DNA from: Rhizodiscina lignyota
Lineage: Eukaryota
Assembly: GCA_010015805.1 (NCBI GenBank)
Contig: ML978131.1
Location: 496,001-560,000 of the forward strand
Length of the DNA: 64,000 bases
Direction of reading: 5' to 3'
Positions 24,379 to 36,683 of the stretch are shown one piece after another (the stretch's first letter is position 1; every line of letters begins with the position of its first letter). The notes beneath the pieces were generated by a model, which was not told the origin of the DNA, did no database searches, and worked only from the letters and a program-made list of their open reading frames with translations. The position numbers and the translations under genes are program-made.

Positions 24379-27300
24379 ATGGTCATCAGAAATGGCCTTG
24401 TTGCCTCCCGGATTCAAGCCTTTAATGCGCTGAACCCAACTCCTCAGCCCTCACAGCAACCTTCGGAGCAGAGTGCATTAACCTCTCGTGCGCCATTATT
24501 CAGTAGTTCCGCCTCGAAATCTGGGCCAACCAAAGCGGTCAACTTTGACCGAGTCCAGAAACAGCAAACGAAGCGGCTTTCGAGCACAAGCTCGAGCCGT
24601 ATTAAGGAACGTCGTGCGACCGGATACAACTTCAAATATCGGCCGCCATCGTCATCCTCTTCCTCGTCCCAAGACGAGCGTTCCAACCCTTTCGTCCGGA
24701 GGGACTCCTCCGTGGATCAGAATGTCTATCGACATGATGGGTCTGCAGTATCTGCGCCAGTAGATACAACTGGAGAAGATTCTGTCTCATACAACACCAC
24801 TCAAACGCCTGGGAGTTGGAAGGATGACTCGCTGTCAAGGGACCGCAGAGGCGAGGGACACACGATTTCTGGCTTCGGACGACGACAAACACAAGCATTC
24901 GCGCCGCCAGCTGCCAGACGCAGAAGCAGAGTATGGGAACATAGTTCTGAGATTGCGCTCAGGCGCAACAGCCGGCCAATCGTCCTCAGAGAGTGTGGAC
25001 ATGAGGAGCCTCTCGCGGAAGTCCCCGTACCTGTCGCCGGTGGCGGAAAGCCAGAAGTATTCGAGTCGCCAACTGGTGCCGCACCTGTTCTGGTGACTCC
25101 TATCGATGACTCTCCTGATGCATCCGTAGAATTTTCCGAGACGCTAAGCAGACATGTGGTACCTGGAGCTTGTACCGACTGCGATGATCAATTCACTCAA
25201 GAGGTTTCCAATAACCGGGGACCTCTTGCTGCTGATGTGATTGGTGTGACGGACTTCGCCGAGCCACGCGATGCCTCTCATTGGGTATGGGATGAGACGG
25301 ATCAGACGACGGATTGGTATAACAGGCGTCGGTCATCACAAATATCCGGCTCTCGCTGGTCGACCAGAGCGGAGTCGTCTGCATCGACTCCAAAGCGTAC
25401 AACTGTGATCGACCTGATATCACCGGATATCACACGCTCGGGTGACCTAGTTCCGGCGTCTGAAAACAATAAGGACGAGTCCGTGTCGCCAACGTCACAA
25501 CCTTCTACACGCGTTACTCCACTCCCACCCACGTCTGAGGGAATACCAACAGTACATTTTGAGGCTACCGAGTCGCCGGCAGGCTTGAAAATTCCACAAA
25601 GATCGCTTGCCGAGAGACGACCGACACCAATGTATGCTGATCACTATGGTGCTGCGGATACTCAACCAAGTTCAGGTTTCGCAAACGCCCCAACACGGCA
25701 AGCCGAGAAGAACGTCTCACTGGGAGATTATCTTCCAGCCACCTTTCAAAGAAGTCCAAACACCTACGTAGAGGCTACAGAGCGACGACGGCCGTCCATC
25801 GATCCACCGCGAAGATCGTCCCTGACAACAATTCCGAAAGTTTCTCGGACCGACCAACAGCGAACATCTGAGCCAGTAACGCGGCGAGCTTCTACAGGAC
25901 TTCTGCGCTTCTCATCAGGCTCATCGTATTATCTTCCACGTGGGTCAATACTGGTAACCGTCGACAGAGATTCGTACGAGGAGTCGAGCCGCATCGAGCA
26001 GGCAAAGTGTGATGATGCCATTTCACAAGTACCAGAGCGACCTGCTTCGTCGGAAAGAAGATCAGACGCTCTTTCAGAGACAGCGGAACCGCCGTCTGAG
26101 ACCGCCCAGTGGCGGGAACACCAGCATCAAACACTACGAGAATCAGATAATCCAACACAGCATGAGTACATTGCACAGATGTGTTCTTCTTTAAACTCAC
26201 CAGGCTACCTCCCACGTGGGCATTATCCTATTGAATCCACGCAAGGTCCATTCGACAATGAGCGAAGTACACCATCAACCGATCCGGATTTCGACATTTA
26301 CCAAAGAGTGCGTCCCAACATTCTCCCGTACACGCACGATCACGCTCGCGAACCATCAACAATGTCTTCATCTACCTCGTCTTCGGGCAGTCTATACCCG
26401 CGCCCTCTCGAGACACGTTCATCAACTGTTGCAGATAGCAGCCTGAAACACCCGAGGCCCGAAAGACCAACTGTACGCCTGGTATCTGAGCGCAGGCCAT
26501 TCTCACTCGACTCAAGCTATCTTGGGCAGAGCTGGGCAAAACAGAGCACTGCAGAGCATGCTCGCCAGGTAGCGAATCAGACTAATTCGATTGAAATTTT
26601 GCAGCTTATAGACTACATCATCACGGAGCATACGAATACTTTGACCGCTATCATCGACAGTCTGCAAGCTGCACTTCCCGGCCTCCACGAGATCAAGCGA
26701 CTGTCAACGGAACTCGCTGAAGTATCGAGACATGAAGGAAAGGTCCAGTTTGTAGATCAACCACTTGCGACGCCTCTGCGTGATCAGTTAGCCGAAGAAC
26801 CAACTCCAAGAGTTGAAGCTGACACGTCTGCGGATGATATGAAGATGTAGCTCGTTCCTCAATATCCCATATAGTAATGTTTACGAAGGCTGACTTTGCA
26901 TGCTGGCAGGCCGGAGCGAACAGTTCCTGATTTCGAAGATCCATTGATACTTCGCCGTCGTAGGACACAATCCATTCCAAAGATCATGAACCTCACAGAC
27001 GCAACTAAGGGTATTGGCTCGGAGCTTCCACAGCATGTGAAAGTCCGACAGAGTCTGAGCGTGCCGCCTGGCAAACGGAAAGTGGACACTCGAACCGGTG
27101 CTTCTCTCCTTACGCCAACGAATGTTCCTCAGACCCCACCGCCGACAGGACATCACACCGCATTGCAATCCCTATCTCTACGGACATCTCCATATTTGCC
27201 TACAGATGACCTCGACCAAGGGAAGACATACGCAGAACCGCCGCCGGAACAGCTATCATGCAATACACCACTGGAACCGTGGCCTCATGCTTCAGTCCCT

Positions 27301-28185
27301 GAGGCATTCGCCTCCGCCGAGTCCGTCATTGCATCTGAGCGTCCACCATCGACCACATATACGCTAGATTCTACTATGCAAAAGAAGTTTTCCGACTTCT
27401 CGGGATTTCATCCGCAGGAGATCGTGCTGCGTCGGCCAACCGGCGATGATAACATCATGCCCGGCTTCTTTCCATCAACGCCTCTTCAGCCGTCTTCGAT
27501 TATTATGCCCCAAACATTACGCGACAGAGTACCTTCGTTGGCTCTAGCCCCTGAAGTTCTTGCTATCATCATCCGCAAGGCATCTTATTCTGAACGTGCT
27601 AATGGCGCACTTGAACATTCACCGCCCCCGCCCCCACAGCCGAGCCCGATTGTCCCTGCACAGGCCAAGTGCGACGAAGACCACACACTACATGCGGTTG
27701 ACACAATCGAGTCTCTCAATACAATTCCACAGGATCTCATTCAAGCAGCAGCAGCGCAGAGGCCCGGGCGGGGCAGAACTCTCAGCCGAGATGCTTTCAG
27801 TCCAGGAAGCAGTAGCAGTAGGATACACAGTCCTTCGTTATCGAGAATCATCTCTCCAAGGCGATCTTTGACGCAAAATGGCCCTTCAAACGCATCTAGA
27901 GGCAGCATTGTCAGCTCCTTACAGCCGGTCCGGGACAGTGTCAAAGAGAGAACTGTACATGGCAGAGACATGCCAGTTGAAACTATGAGGTTGCAACGCC
28001 TTCCTACCTCATCAACAGTGCCGGCACAACAGGTGCAGACCCTGGATGCGGTGCCTTTGGAAGAGCCTCAAGCAGGACCGTCCCAGAGGCATAGAAAGCG
28101 GGACTACATGCATGTTCCAAAGCATATGCCAGAGGCCTTCAAAGTGCTCGGAAAGCTCAAGCATGTGGAAGGGGGGCGAAAATGA
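24379..28185 (+). CDS. Large Ser/Pro/Arg-rich, probably disordered hypothetical protein (~1250 aa)
   Basis: ORFs 24379..26850 and 26896..28185 are in the same frame. A 63-nt intron at 26847-26909 (weak GTAGCT donor, GCTGAC branch, CAG) would remove the stop. Confidence 0.65.
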
Positions 28186-28332
28186 CACAGTAACACATTC
28201 TTGACACGGGAAAGATGGATTCTTTATTTTTGGAAGGCGGTCGCTCATTGATGCTGCTCTAACACCTATGTCCGTTTACCCCTGAAGAATCCTCGAATCT
28301 CAAGAATACATCCACTACCGATATGATGCGCA

Positions 28333-29678
28333 TTACGCAGCAGGTGCCGTATGGTAGTACTGTGTGAAGTCGTGCTCGAAACTGGTGTATTTCTGTCTTT
28401 CGGTCAGTATCTGCTCCAACCACATGCTGTGTAAGCAAGGGTTGCACTTACCAACAGGAAAGCCTTCATATCATCTTGGCCCTTGTCATTCAAATCCTTC
28501 AGAATCAGCATAAATTTATCTTCGTCAATGACATCGGGCTTATGAAGCCTCTGCATATTCTTAATCGACCGCGGTCCAATATAGCGCAGGAACTTCTCCA
28601 CCCTTATCTCAGACCATTTGGTCAAGATATCGTCGTCCGTCTTGCCTTCGCTTATTCCAACAAGGCACTCGACGAGTCCACCAATGTCAACTATACCCGC
28701 CATGCAGCCGTATCCTCCGTACGGCGTGCACACGTGAGCAGCATCAGCAGCGACCATAACGCGCCCCACACGCATCGAGGTCACGCAGCGATTGTGCGTC
28801 TTGAATCGATCTGTCTGCTCCGTAGTATACTGTTCCGGTTCCGGGGCGCCGGGGAGCATCTTTCGGAACTTGTCCTCGCGCGCCTTCAAATACTCTTCTT
28901 GCGTCAAGCCGACCTTGTCACCGTACGTTACGCGCCAGAGAGCCGGCTTACACGGCGTTCCGGGCTTCCGCTTCGCAATAAGGCCCCAGTGATTTGGATC
29001 AACCATGTAGTTGCCGCCGTCCCAGCCAGCTTTGTCGAAACCGTCGTAGAATACGTTGCATACGAACAGCTCATGGGGATGCGTGACGCCCGGCCACTCA
29101 CTTCCAAACAGCTTCTTCCTCACCGTACTCTTGCCGCCATCGCAGCCAACGACATAGTCGCCCTCGAATCGAACCTTCTCCTTGTCGCCCACAATCTCGC
29201 CGTCCTGCTCTGCCCCATGCTCTGCCGCGACTTCAACATCAACCCACGCGCTCTTCTCATCCTGTCCCAAATCCACGACTCTATGACCAAAACGCACATC
29301 ACAGATGCCTTCGGGCAGCTTCTTAATATGCTCCAGAATGACCTCGAGCATCTGCGCTAAGGGGATGACTGTAATGCGGTCCTCCTCATTCCGAGTAATA
29401 CCCAAATCTATCCTTGCCACCTCCTCTTTCGTGCTCGTCTTCCGCCAGCAGATACTCGGAAAATTCCGATATCCGGCAGCACGGATATCCTCCAGGACAC
29501 CGGCTTTCCGGAGCACGCGGGTAGCTGGAGTACCATATTGTGTTGCGCGGAGCCGTTTGTCGACTGTGGACCACGCTTCCAGTATGGTTGACTTGATGCC
29601 GGCTTGGCCGAGCATGAGGCCCAGAAGCAGACCTGCTGGGCCTGCTCCGACGATGACGACATGTTTTATAGGGGCCAT
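28333..29678 (-). CDS. FAD-dependent monooxygenase (FAD_binding_3, PheA/TfdB-like)
   Basis: GAGPAG Rossmann motif, VGCDGGKSTVRK (DG motif) and ADAAHVCTPYGG (GD-like motif). After a last intron, the final exon reads KYTSFEHDFTQYYHTAPAA*. Confidence 0.88.
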
Positions 29679-30159
29679 TATTAATTTCCTTTCTCAAGTT
29701 TCTCGCACGAGAAGAGATGGAAGACACAGAGGAAGTGAGATGGGTTGAAAGCAGAAGAACATCACTCTACGACTAACAGACCTACTCCTTAGATATAAAG
29801 AATATAAAGTCAAAGGGCGTCACCGGGCCGGTCTGCTTATTCAAAGTATCCACGGACATACCGAAAAGAATTGCCATCTCGTTGCGAGCATTATCAGAAG
29901 TAAGATGTTGACCGATCCGTATTTGGCATCGTGGTAACCCCGCTTGTTCTAGCGTGTGATATTACGGTGAGAGTAAGCACTTAAGATACCCAACCATTCA
30001 GCACAGAGAGAGGAAGTGCGCCGATATTCCGCGCTTTGCGAGTTAATACTGCTGTTGGTTAGGAATATAGAGGTAATGGTACTATACAAAGAGAGGGGTT
30101 CCCTATTCTGGATATTCATGAAAGTGTGCGACCGGCTGTTCGGCCGCCTCGCAATGTCA

Positions 30160-32668
30160 TCAACCCCAGTGCCACTGCACGGTCACACTTTCAACGCCGA
30201 AGAACGTCCTAGCGACGACACACGCCACTGCTCCAGCTGCACTGACTGCTCCGAGTACTTTCACTGCAGTCCACGCCACATTTGAGACCCTCTCCACAGC
30301 GCTGAGGACGTCAAGCGGATCTCTTCCATTTTTCTTCAGAGTCTGAGAGCCATGTGGAGTGGCACTATCACTCCAATGCCTTCCACCCTTACGCGATATC
30401 TTAGAACCTTTCTTCTTAGAACTTCCGCTCTTGTGGGACTGAGTATCAGACCAGAGAGCAGAGCCTTGAAGTGGTGTAGTCTGCATCTCAGGGTCATCAA
30501 CGTCCCACACAATCTTGCCATCTCGCTCCCGCTCATTTCGCAACGCCTTCGAGAGATTAGCCGCCCATCGTGGCACGTTAGGACGCTGTGACGCAGTATT
30601 CCGCTGCGCGAACGAGAGCAAGCCATGGCTCGGAGTAAGTGCGCCGGTGGCAGAGGAAGGAATACCACCACCAATCTTCCACAGTGATGAAGGTGGACGC
30701 GTTCCAGAGATGCGCAGGGTCGGATTGCGCATGATATCCATGCTGTTACTGATTATCTCATGCCGCCATGACAAGAATTTGCGTGCAGAAGTGTGACGAA
30801 GCCAGGCCGCCTTTTCCGGATCGAAGAGCAGCTCTACTAGTAAATGAAGCTCTGATGGTAGAGGTGGTGGGCAGTAGTCTGGAGACATGAGGAGACTCGC
30901 GTCCATCGTCTCGAGATCAGGGCCAGGTGCTGAGGAAATTGCGTAAGGGAAGGTAATTCTCGCTAGAGGAGATTCCGAATCGCGAACGTAATTTGAGACA
31001 CTTGTCAACGCTTCGGGGGTGACGTCTGCTGCCTGTGTTTGGGGTTGTGATGCTTGCAAATCATCAGATGGTGTATCTTGATGCGGTAGTGGCTGACTAT
31101 CCGCTTGGATGCTAGCATATCGTGTAAGAGATTCCTCGATAGTATTGCCGAACAAGAAAGGCCTCGAGGTGATGCCTTGAAGCTTTCCCAGAATTTGGTG
31201 CTTTAGCGAGACGAGTTCGGCTTGGCTGAGCAGGTCTGACTTTCCAATGAGGGGGACGACGTTGGTCAAGGCCGCTATTCGAGCAAAACTCGCAAGGTCT
31301 TGCTCAGTGATCGATTCTGGGCTAAGTTAGTAAGATGTACGCGTACTAGTTTCTAATGGTAAGCTTACCATGACCAAAGATATATAGCACAACATCAACC
31401 TGTACTCCACCACCACTGCTCAGCATGTTCAACAAGTCCGCATCGCTCAGATTTTCAACAGCCGCATTTCGGTGCATCAAAGCCTCAATATAGCGAGCAT
31501 TGTTCTCTTCCACCAGACCTCTCTCATCACCAAATCCAGGGGTATCAATAAAGCAGACGTTTCGTTCCAGAACAGTATCGCCAAGACCCATGCTCTTTCG
31601 CCGTCGAAGAATTCTGCTCTCCTCCACGTCAGACCACCAGGACGGGTACGCACGAGTGCTCGCATGAATCTCCGTTATGCGCGTGAGGGTTTTACCTCCA
31701 GTCCTCCCCGCAGAGACAGGCACTGGAGTTTGATCGACGTGCACGATGTCCTCGCAGATTTGTACAATGCTCCTGATCAAGCCAGTTTTGCCCATTCCTT
31801 CCGGGCCAACCACCATAATCTTCAGTCTTCCCAGCCTCTTGCCGCTTTCGGTAAATGGTCGGCGTGCTGGCATGGTTATGCTTGGCATGACAAGTTCCGG
31901 TACGAATGAGCTATGTTGCGTTTGCTCCAATTCTGCATCATCCTCGTCGTCTGTAGACACAATCGCTTGACTGGCAGCATCGTTCATTTCCGGATCTTCG
32001 TGCTCTCCGTCATCTGACAACCTCAAACTACGTAGACTGACTGATTTCGGCGTGCTCGGAATACCCGAGTCGGCATGATACGCAGGAGAATCGATGCATA
32101 TCGGTGTGAGCGGAGTAGACATCGTGGTTGGCGATAAGCGTCTAGCATGGCCAGATGGAACAGGTTGAGGAGGCTGAGGAGAACTGTGCGTCGAGCCGCA
32201 ATCCTTCGGGGTCTCCGTACCATCGTTGGGCTCTGAGACGCCTTGTCTAGCACTTTGGCACTTCCTCTTCCTTTTCTTGCCGCCCTCAGCACTTCCATCG
32301 CTGCTCCTGCTCTTCGCGCTGCCACTTCTGCTTAGCGTCTGCCCATTCTCTTTGCTTGAATCTGATCCAAATGCAGCGCCTATAGCTTCCTCTAAGCTCT
32401 GAACTCCATACGTGCCACTTCCTTCACTAGATCCACCATTGTTGACTTGTTCACTTGTTATCTGCCCTGGTTTCGCGATCTCCTTCTCTTTATTCACCAT
32501 GCCATTATGCGCACTGCTCACGCTCGTCCGACGCGTATCTTGACGTGCCATTGCCTTTTCCATCTGGTCCTCGCTCGCAATGAAGAAGGAAGTCGGAGCT
32601 GCGGCATGGTTCGCGGGTGATTCGGCGATGCTCGACTTGCGGGACCGAGAATGGACTGAGGGTGGCAT
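30160..32668 (-). CDS. Septin-like P-loop GTPase with disordered N-terminus and C-terminal hydrophobic anchor
   Basis: G1 KIMVVGPEGMGKT, G3 FIDTPGFG, G4-like PLIGKSD. Intron 31317-31368 joins the ORFs in frame. Confidence 0.75.
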
Positions 32669-33292
32669 CGTGAGGAAAGTTGAGACGCTCTGTAAGAGCG
32701 CTCAGTCAGGCAGAATGCCTGCAAACTTGTCCGAGCAGTGCACAACTTATAGATGGTGCTGGCGGAGAGGGAGAAGTGAGGTTGATGACGGATACGTTGG
32801 TACCCCGCCGGGGATATGATAAACGCGCGGACCACGTGTTGCCTGATGGTGGGTTGGCGGTGTGCTTTCAGGCACGGATCTGCAGCGCTGAAATCAATTT
32901 CATATTCGTCGATGAAGTGAATTTGGGCAGTCAAAGCCCAAAAAGTTGAGCAAGATAGATCATAGGTATTTGTGTGGGTTAGAGCGGAAACTCGCAGTTG
33001 CCAAGTATTTAGCATCAATATTGAAACCAAAGTTGGGAGACAACTAAACTTTTCACGCCTCATCATCCATTCCACGCCGCAAAGACATTATTTTTACACT
33101 CCTTCATTCCCATACCATCTAGATGTTGTGTTTCACCAAACCTGGGCCAGCCTCCCTCCACCATGTCACAGACATCTCCCCAAATGTTGCCCTCAAGGAA
33201 GAAGTAAAAGCGGAGATGTAAATACATGTGGAGAAATTCTTCCTCGAAGATAAATACTTATGGCCCCAGATAGCTCGAAATGCGGATCCAGT

Positions 33293-35455
33293 TTACATCA
33301 TTCCAGGCATTGGACCGCCCATTCCCTTCAGTCGTTCGGCGAGTTTGGGGTATTTCTCTTGCACCTTGGAAGACGTTAGCTATTTCGAAGAGAATAGGAA
33401 TATCGGATGAAAACGAACCTCCAACTGCGTTCTTGTCGCTTCGGCATATGAGAGTGCATTGACAATTTCGCCCTCCGTCCTCGACAGCTCTGCCGCCTGC
33501 TCGAAGTACCGCAGCGCTTCTGTGACCTTTCCTTGTTGGAGCAGGAGCTGTGCCATTGTTGCGACAGCAATGTCACATTCAGGATCAACTAGTGTAATTA
33601 TCAGTATGAGATATCGCCAAATAGCACAATTATTGCGAGACGTACTGATGAGTGCCTTTTTACACAACTTCTCCGCCTCTGGGAAATCCTGCTTCCATTG
33701 AAACAGGGCCAATGCCTTATTGATCAGCGGCAATACATTCATGGCATGGCTCTTCGACGCCTTCTCCATTTCCACTGCAATGTCAAATTTCTCAATCGCC
33801 TCCTGGTACTTTTGTTGATCGAGCAATAGCTCGCCATAGTAGTTGTAAACGTCGGGAACCTTGTCAAAGTTCTTGATGCACCGACGGAAGGTTGCCATCG
33901 AAGAGGCAATTGACCCAAGCTTGTACTGTGTGACTCCGAGTTGAATGTGGGAGAAGATGAAGTCACGGTCGAGGTCGATGGAACGCTGGTAGTCACTCGC
34001 GGCGGAATCGTATTCTCCGAGGATGAAGTGGAGCTGGGCGCGGTGATAAAAAATGTCTGGGTCACTGTCATTTTGTTGCATGGCTAGTTCAAAGTCGTTG
34101 GCAGCCGCTTCACGATCCCCTAAAGTTTGTTAGTACGCAGGTTAATGGCTCGAACTTCCACGAGGGCCTACCAAGTTCAAGGTGCATGCTAGCCCTCTTG
34201 ATGTAGCTCTGCGTCAATGATGGCTGAAGTTCGATGCTCTTTGACAGATCCGCCAGTGCATCATCGTTGTCGCCTTTCAGGTATCTGAACGTGCCTCGCA
34301 TGTTGTACCCGAACGCTTCATGTTCTCCAAGGTCTCCAAGTGAGAGTGCTTTGTCAAAAGATTGGGCTGCTTCTGCATATCCTTCGCTCGTTCTTCTGCC
34401 CATCGCAAGTAACCCCTTTTGCAGTTGTCCCTTGCCGGTATTTTCGTCAAGCTCTGCCGTCTCTTCGAGTCCCTCCGGTAGCGGTTTCGGTCTGAAGCTC
34501 TGCAGGTAGTTTGCAACGAAAGTGGGACTCGGCAGCTTCTTCTCCTTGCTAGCAAGTATTGCCCTACCCTTTGTCTCTGCGACCTTCTTCAATAGTCGCT
34601 CCACACTCTGTGCGCTCTGCTCGTTGCGGAAGCTGTCGATAATGCAGCTTGCGGTGTAATCTAGGAGTGCCTCGCTGAACCGGCTCAGCTCTTCGTACGC
34701 ATTCGCTCGCCGGTTTAGCGCCTTCACGTAATTCTCGTCGAGGTTGATGGCAGCTGTGGTATCCTCGACCACCTTGTCCCATTGCTTCAAGGCGTTCCAG
34801 CACGCTGCTCGGTTCGAGTAAAACACTGGGTCTTGCTTGCAGAGGATGGCCTGACTATACAATTCAATTGCTTGTTGATACTCCTTTTGCCCATACGCCT
34901 TGTTGCCGGCAGCCTTGAGCTTAGCAGCATAGTCTTTCCGTTCCTACGACACGTTAGTTCAAGAACCCCAGGAATCGCCACCTGGTGACAAACCTGTTCT
35001 GAAAGCAGTTGAACTGAATCTTCTGTGACTTCTGGTAACTCCTCCTCGGAAACATCTGTTGCGGTTGCCTTTTTCGGCTCTACACGTCCGATTAGCATGT
35101 CCACATTATTTCTCGCGCATGTATTCCCACCTTCTCGCGACTCCTCGGGCGGCTGCTGCTCCGCTTCTTCGGCTCCCTTCTTAGCTTTCCGCCTGTCCTT
35201 CTTTGCCTTCTTTTTGCTCGCTGCGCTGCTCTCTGGCTCGTTGGTTACTCCCCGAGTCTCCGAAACGTAGTAGTACACGCCCGCCGCTGTCGCAACCACT
35301 GTCACACCCGCAATAGTATACACAATCGCTTTGTGCGCTGCTGCCCACGTTGATATCCGATCCCATAGCGATGACGATTCGACGGAGGATGCGAGGGCTG
35401 GGTTAAGCTCAACTCGAGCTGGAGTTGGAGGGACGGGAATGGGACGGTCTGTCAT
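33293..35455 (-). CDS. TOM70: Mitochondrial import receptor Tom70
   Basis: N-terminal anchor [20 protein letters not shown], then a TPR clamp ([18 protein letters not shown]) and C-terminal TPRs. Several introns. The last exon reads [12 protein letters not shown]...MM*. Confidence 0.95.
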
Positions 35456-35873
35456 TTTGGCGGAGGAGCGCTTCCGAATAGTCCGAATCTGTACTTTACT
35501 ACAGATGCGGCTAGGGAAATAAAAGGGACGATTAGTGTTGATGCAGGTTGGGGGAGGTTCGCGTCGACGGCGGTGGTCGAATCGCGATGATGCTGCTCTC
35601 GTGAAAGCTCCACAGCAAAAAGCTGGCATGGGCTTGGCAAGCGGCGCTCGGCCACCTCCGCACAGAAGCTGTGAGATCACCATCGACATTCTCTCATCGA
35701 CACGTGCATTGGCTGGTCGCACATCTTATCAGTGCAAAAGAGTTAAGTATCGCAGAATCCTCACTTTCCTCACACTTGTCTGCCGAATTCAGTATCAATC
35801 CCAACTGTCTCGTATTTGAGCCTTGAACGGCTGAACAAAGAAACGCCTTGCTGTGCCGCCCCCTCCTCCTCAC

Positions 35874-36410
35874 ATGTCCTCTGTGCAACCTTCAAGGCAA
35901 TCTACCGCGAGGCTTAATCAGATATTCTCTCAATTGGCAAACCACAGCCAATCATTTTCGACTTCGGTGCCAAACTCCTTCGATCCAGAACTCGACATGG
36001 CTGCTCCGAAACGCCCTCCGATCACCTGCCACATTCTCGACACCACCACTGGCACGCCAGCACCCAACGTCTCTGTAACTCTTACCCTCATTGAGCCTCT
36101 CAAATCAACCTCCTCTCTCATCAGCGCCGAAAATACACTCTTCATCTCCCAAACGAACTCGGACGGCCGTGTTGAAAGCTGGACCACCACGACTGCTTCG
36201 TTAGAAGAACTCCTGTCGAAGCAGGATGAGTTGCTGTGGAATATAACGTTCGAGATTGGAGAGTACTATCGACAAAAAGAAATCAGACCTTTCTTTCCCA
36301 AAGTCGAGATTCAGTTCATAACGGGTGGAGAGGGCCAGGAAGGACGGAGCCACTACCACATCCCGTTGCTTGTGGGGCCATACTCCTACACCACGTATAG
36401 AGGATCGTGA
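35874..36410 (+). CDS. 5-hydroxyisourate hydrolase (transthyretin-like protein)
   Basis: ITCHILDTTTG, TNSDGR, YHIPLLVGPYSYTTYRGS with the diagnostic C-terminal YRGS. In-frame ATGs at 35874 and 35997. Confidence 0.93.
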   Translation: MSSVQPSRQSTARLNQIFSQLANHSQSFSTSVPNSFDPELDMAAPKRPPITCHILDTTTGTPAPNVSVTLTLIEPLKSTSSLISAENTLFISQTNSDGRVESWTTTTASLEELLSKQDELLWNITFEIGEYYRQKEIRPFFPKVEIQFITGGEGQEGRSHYHIPLLVGPYSYTTYRGS

Positions 36411-36683
36411 GCTATGATGGAGAACGTTCATGCCATGCTTTAGAACTGGCATGTTTCTTGGGAGGCTACTTTCTGGCGTCTAAAGCGACCGGCGTTTTGT
36501 GATACAAGCTCAGGCTCTCAATTCATGTAGATGCTCATGGGGGCGTCTGAGAGAGCATATGGACAGGAACACCGGCTTGCGGGAAAGCTACTTGCTGCTT
36601 ACTGATGTGTATTCATTAATCCTTTCTAGCTTTGGATCAATTTCAAACAGCCTGCAAAGGCCCCATTAACATACCAATATATT

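Noticed and set aside
28476..29360. 294-aa ORF antisense to the FAD monooxygenase
   Set aside because: Shadow ORF with no recognisable motif.
28333..29678. FAD monooxygenase as a member of the 36.7-58.7 kb cluster
   Set aside because: Separated from the cluster by housekeeping genes (septin-like GTPase, TOM70, HIU hydrolase).
20293..35455. HSP90 (MEEVD) and its TPR-clamp receptor TOM70 within ~11 kb as a functional cluster
   Set aside because: Unrelated genes intervene and there is no evidence beyond proximity.
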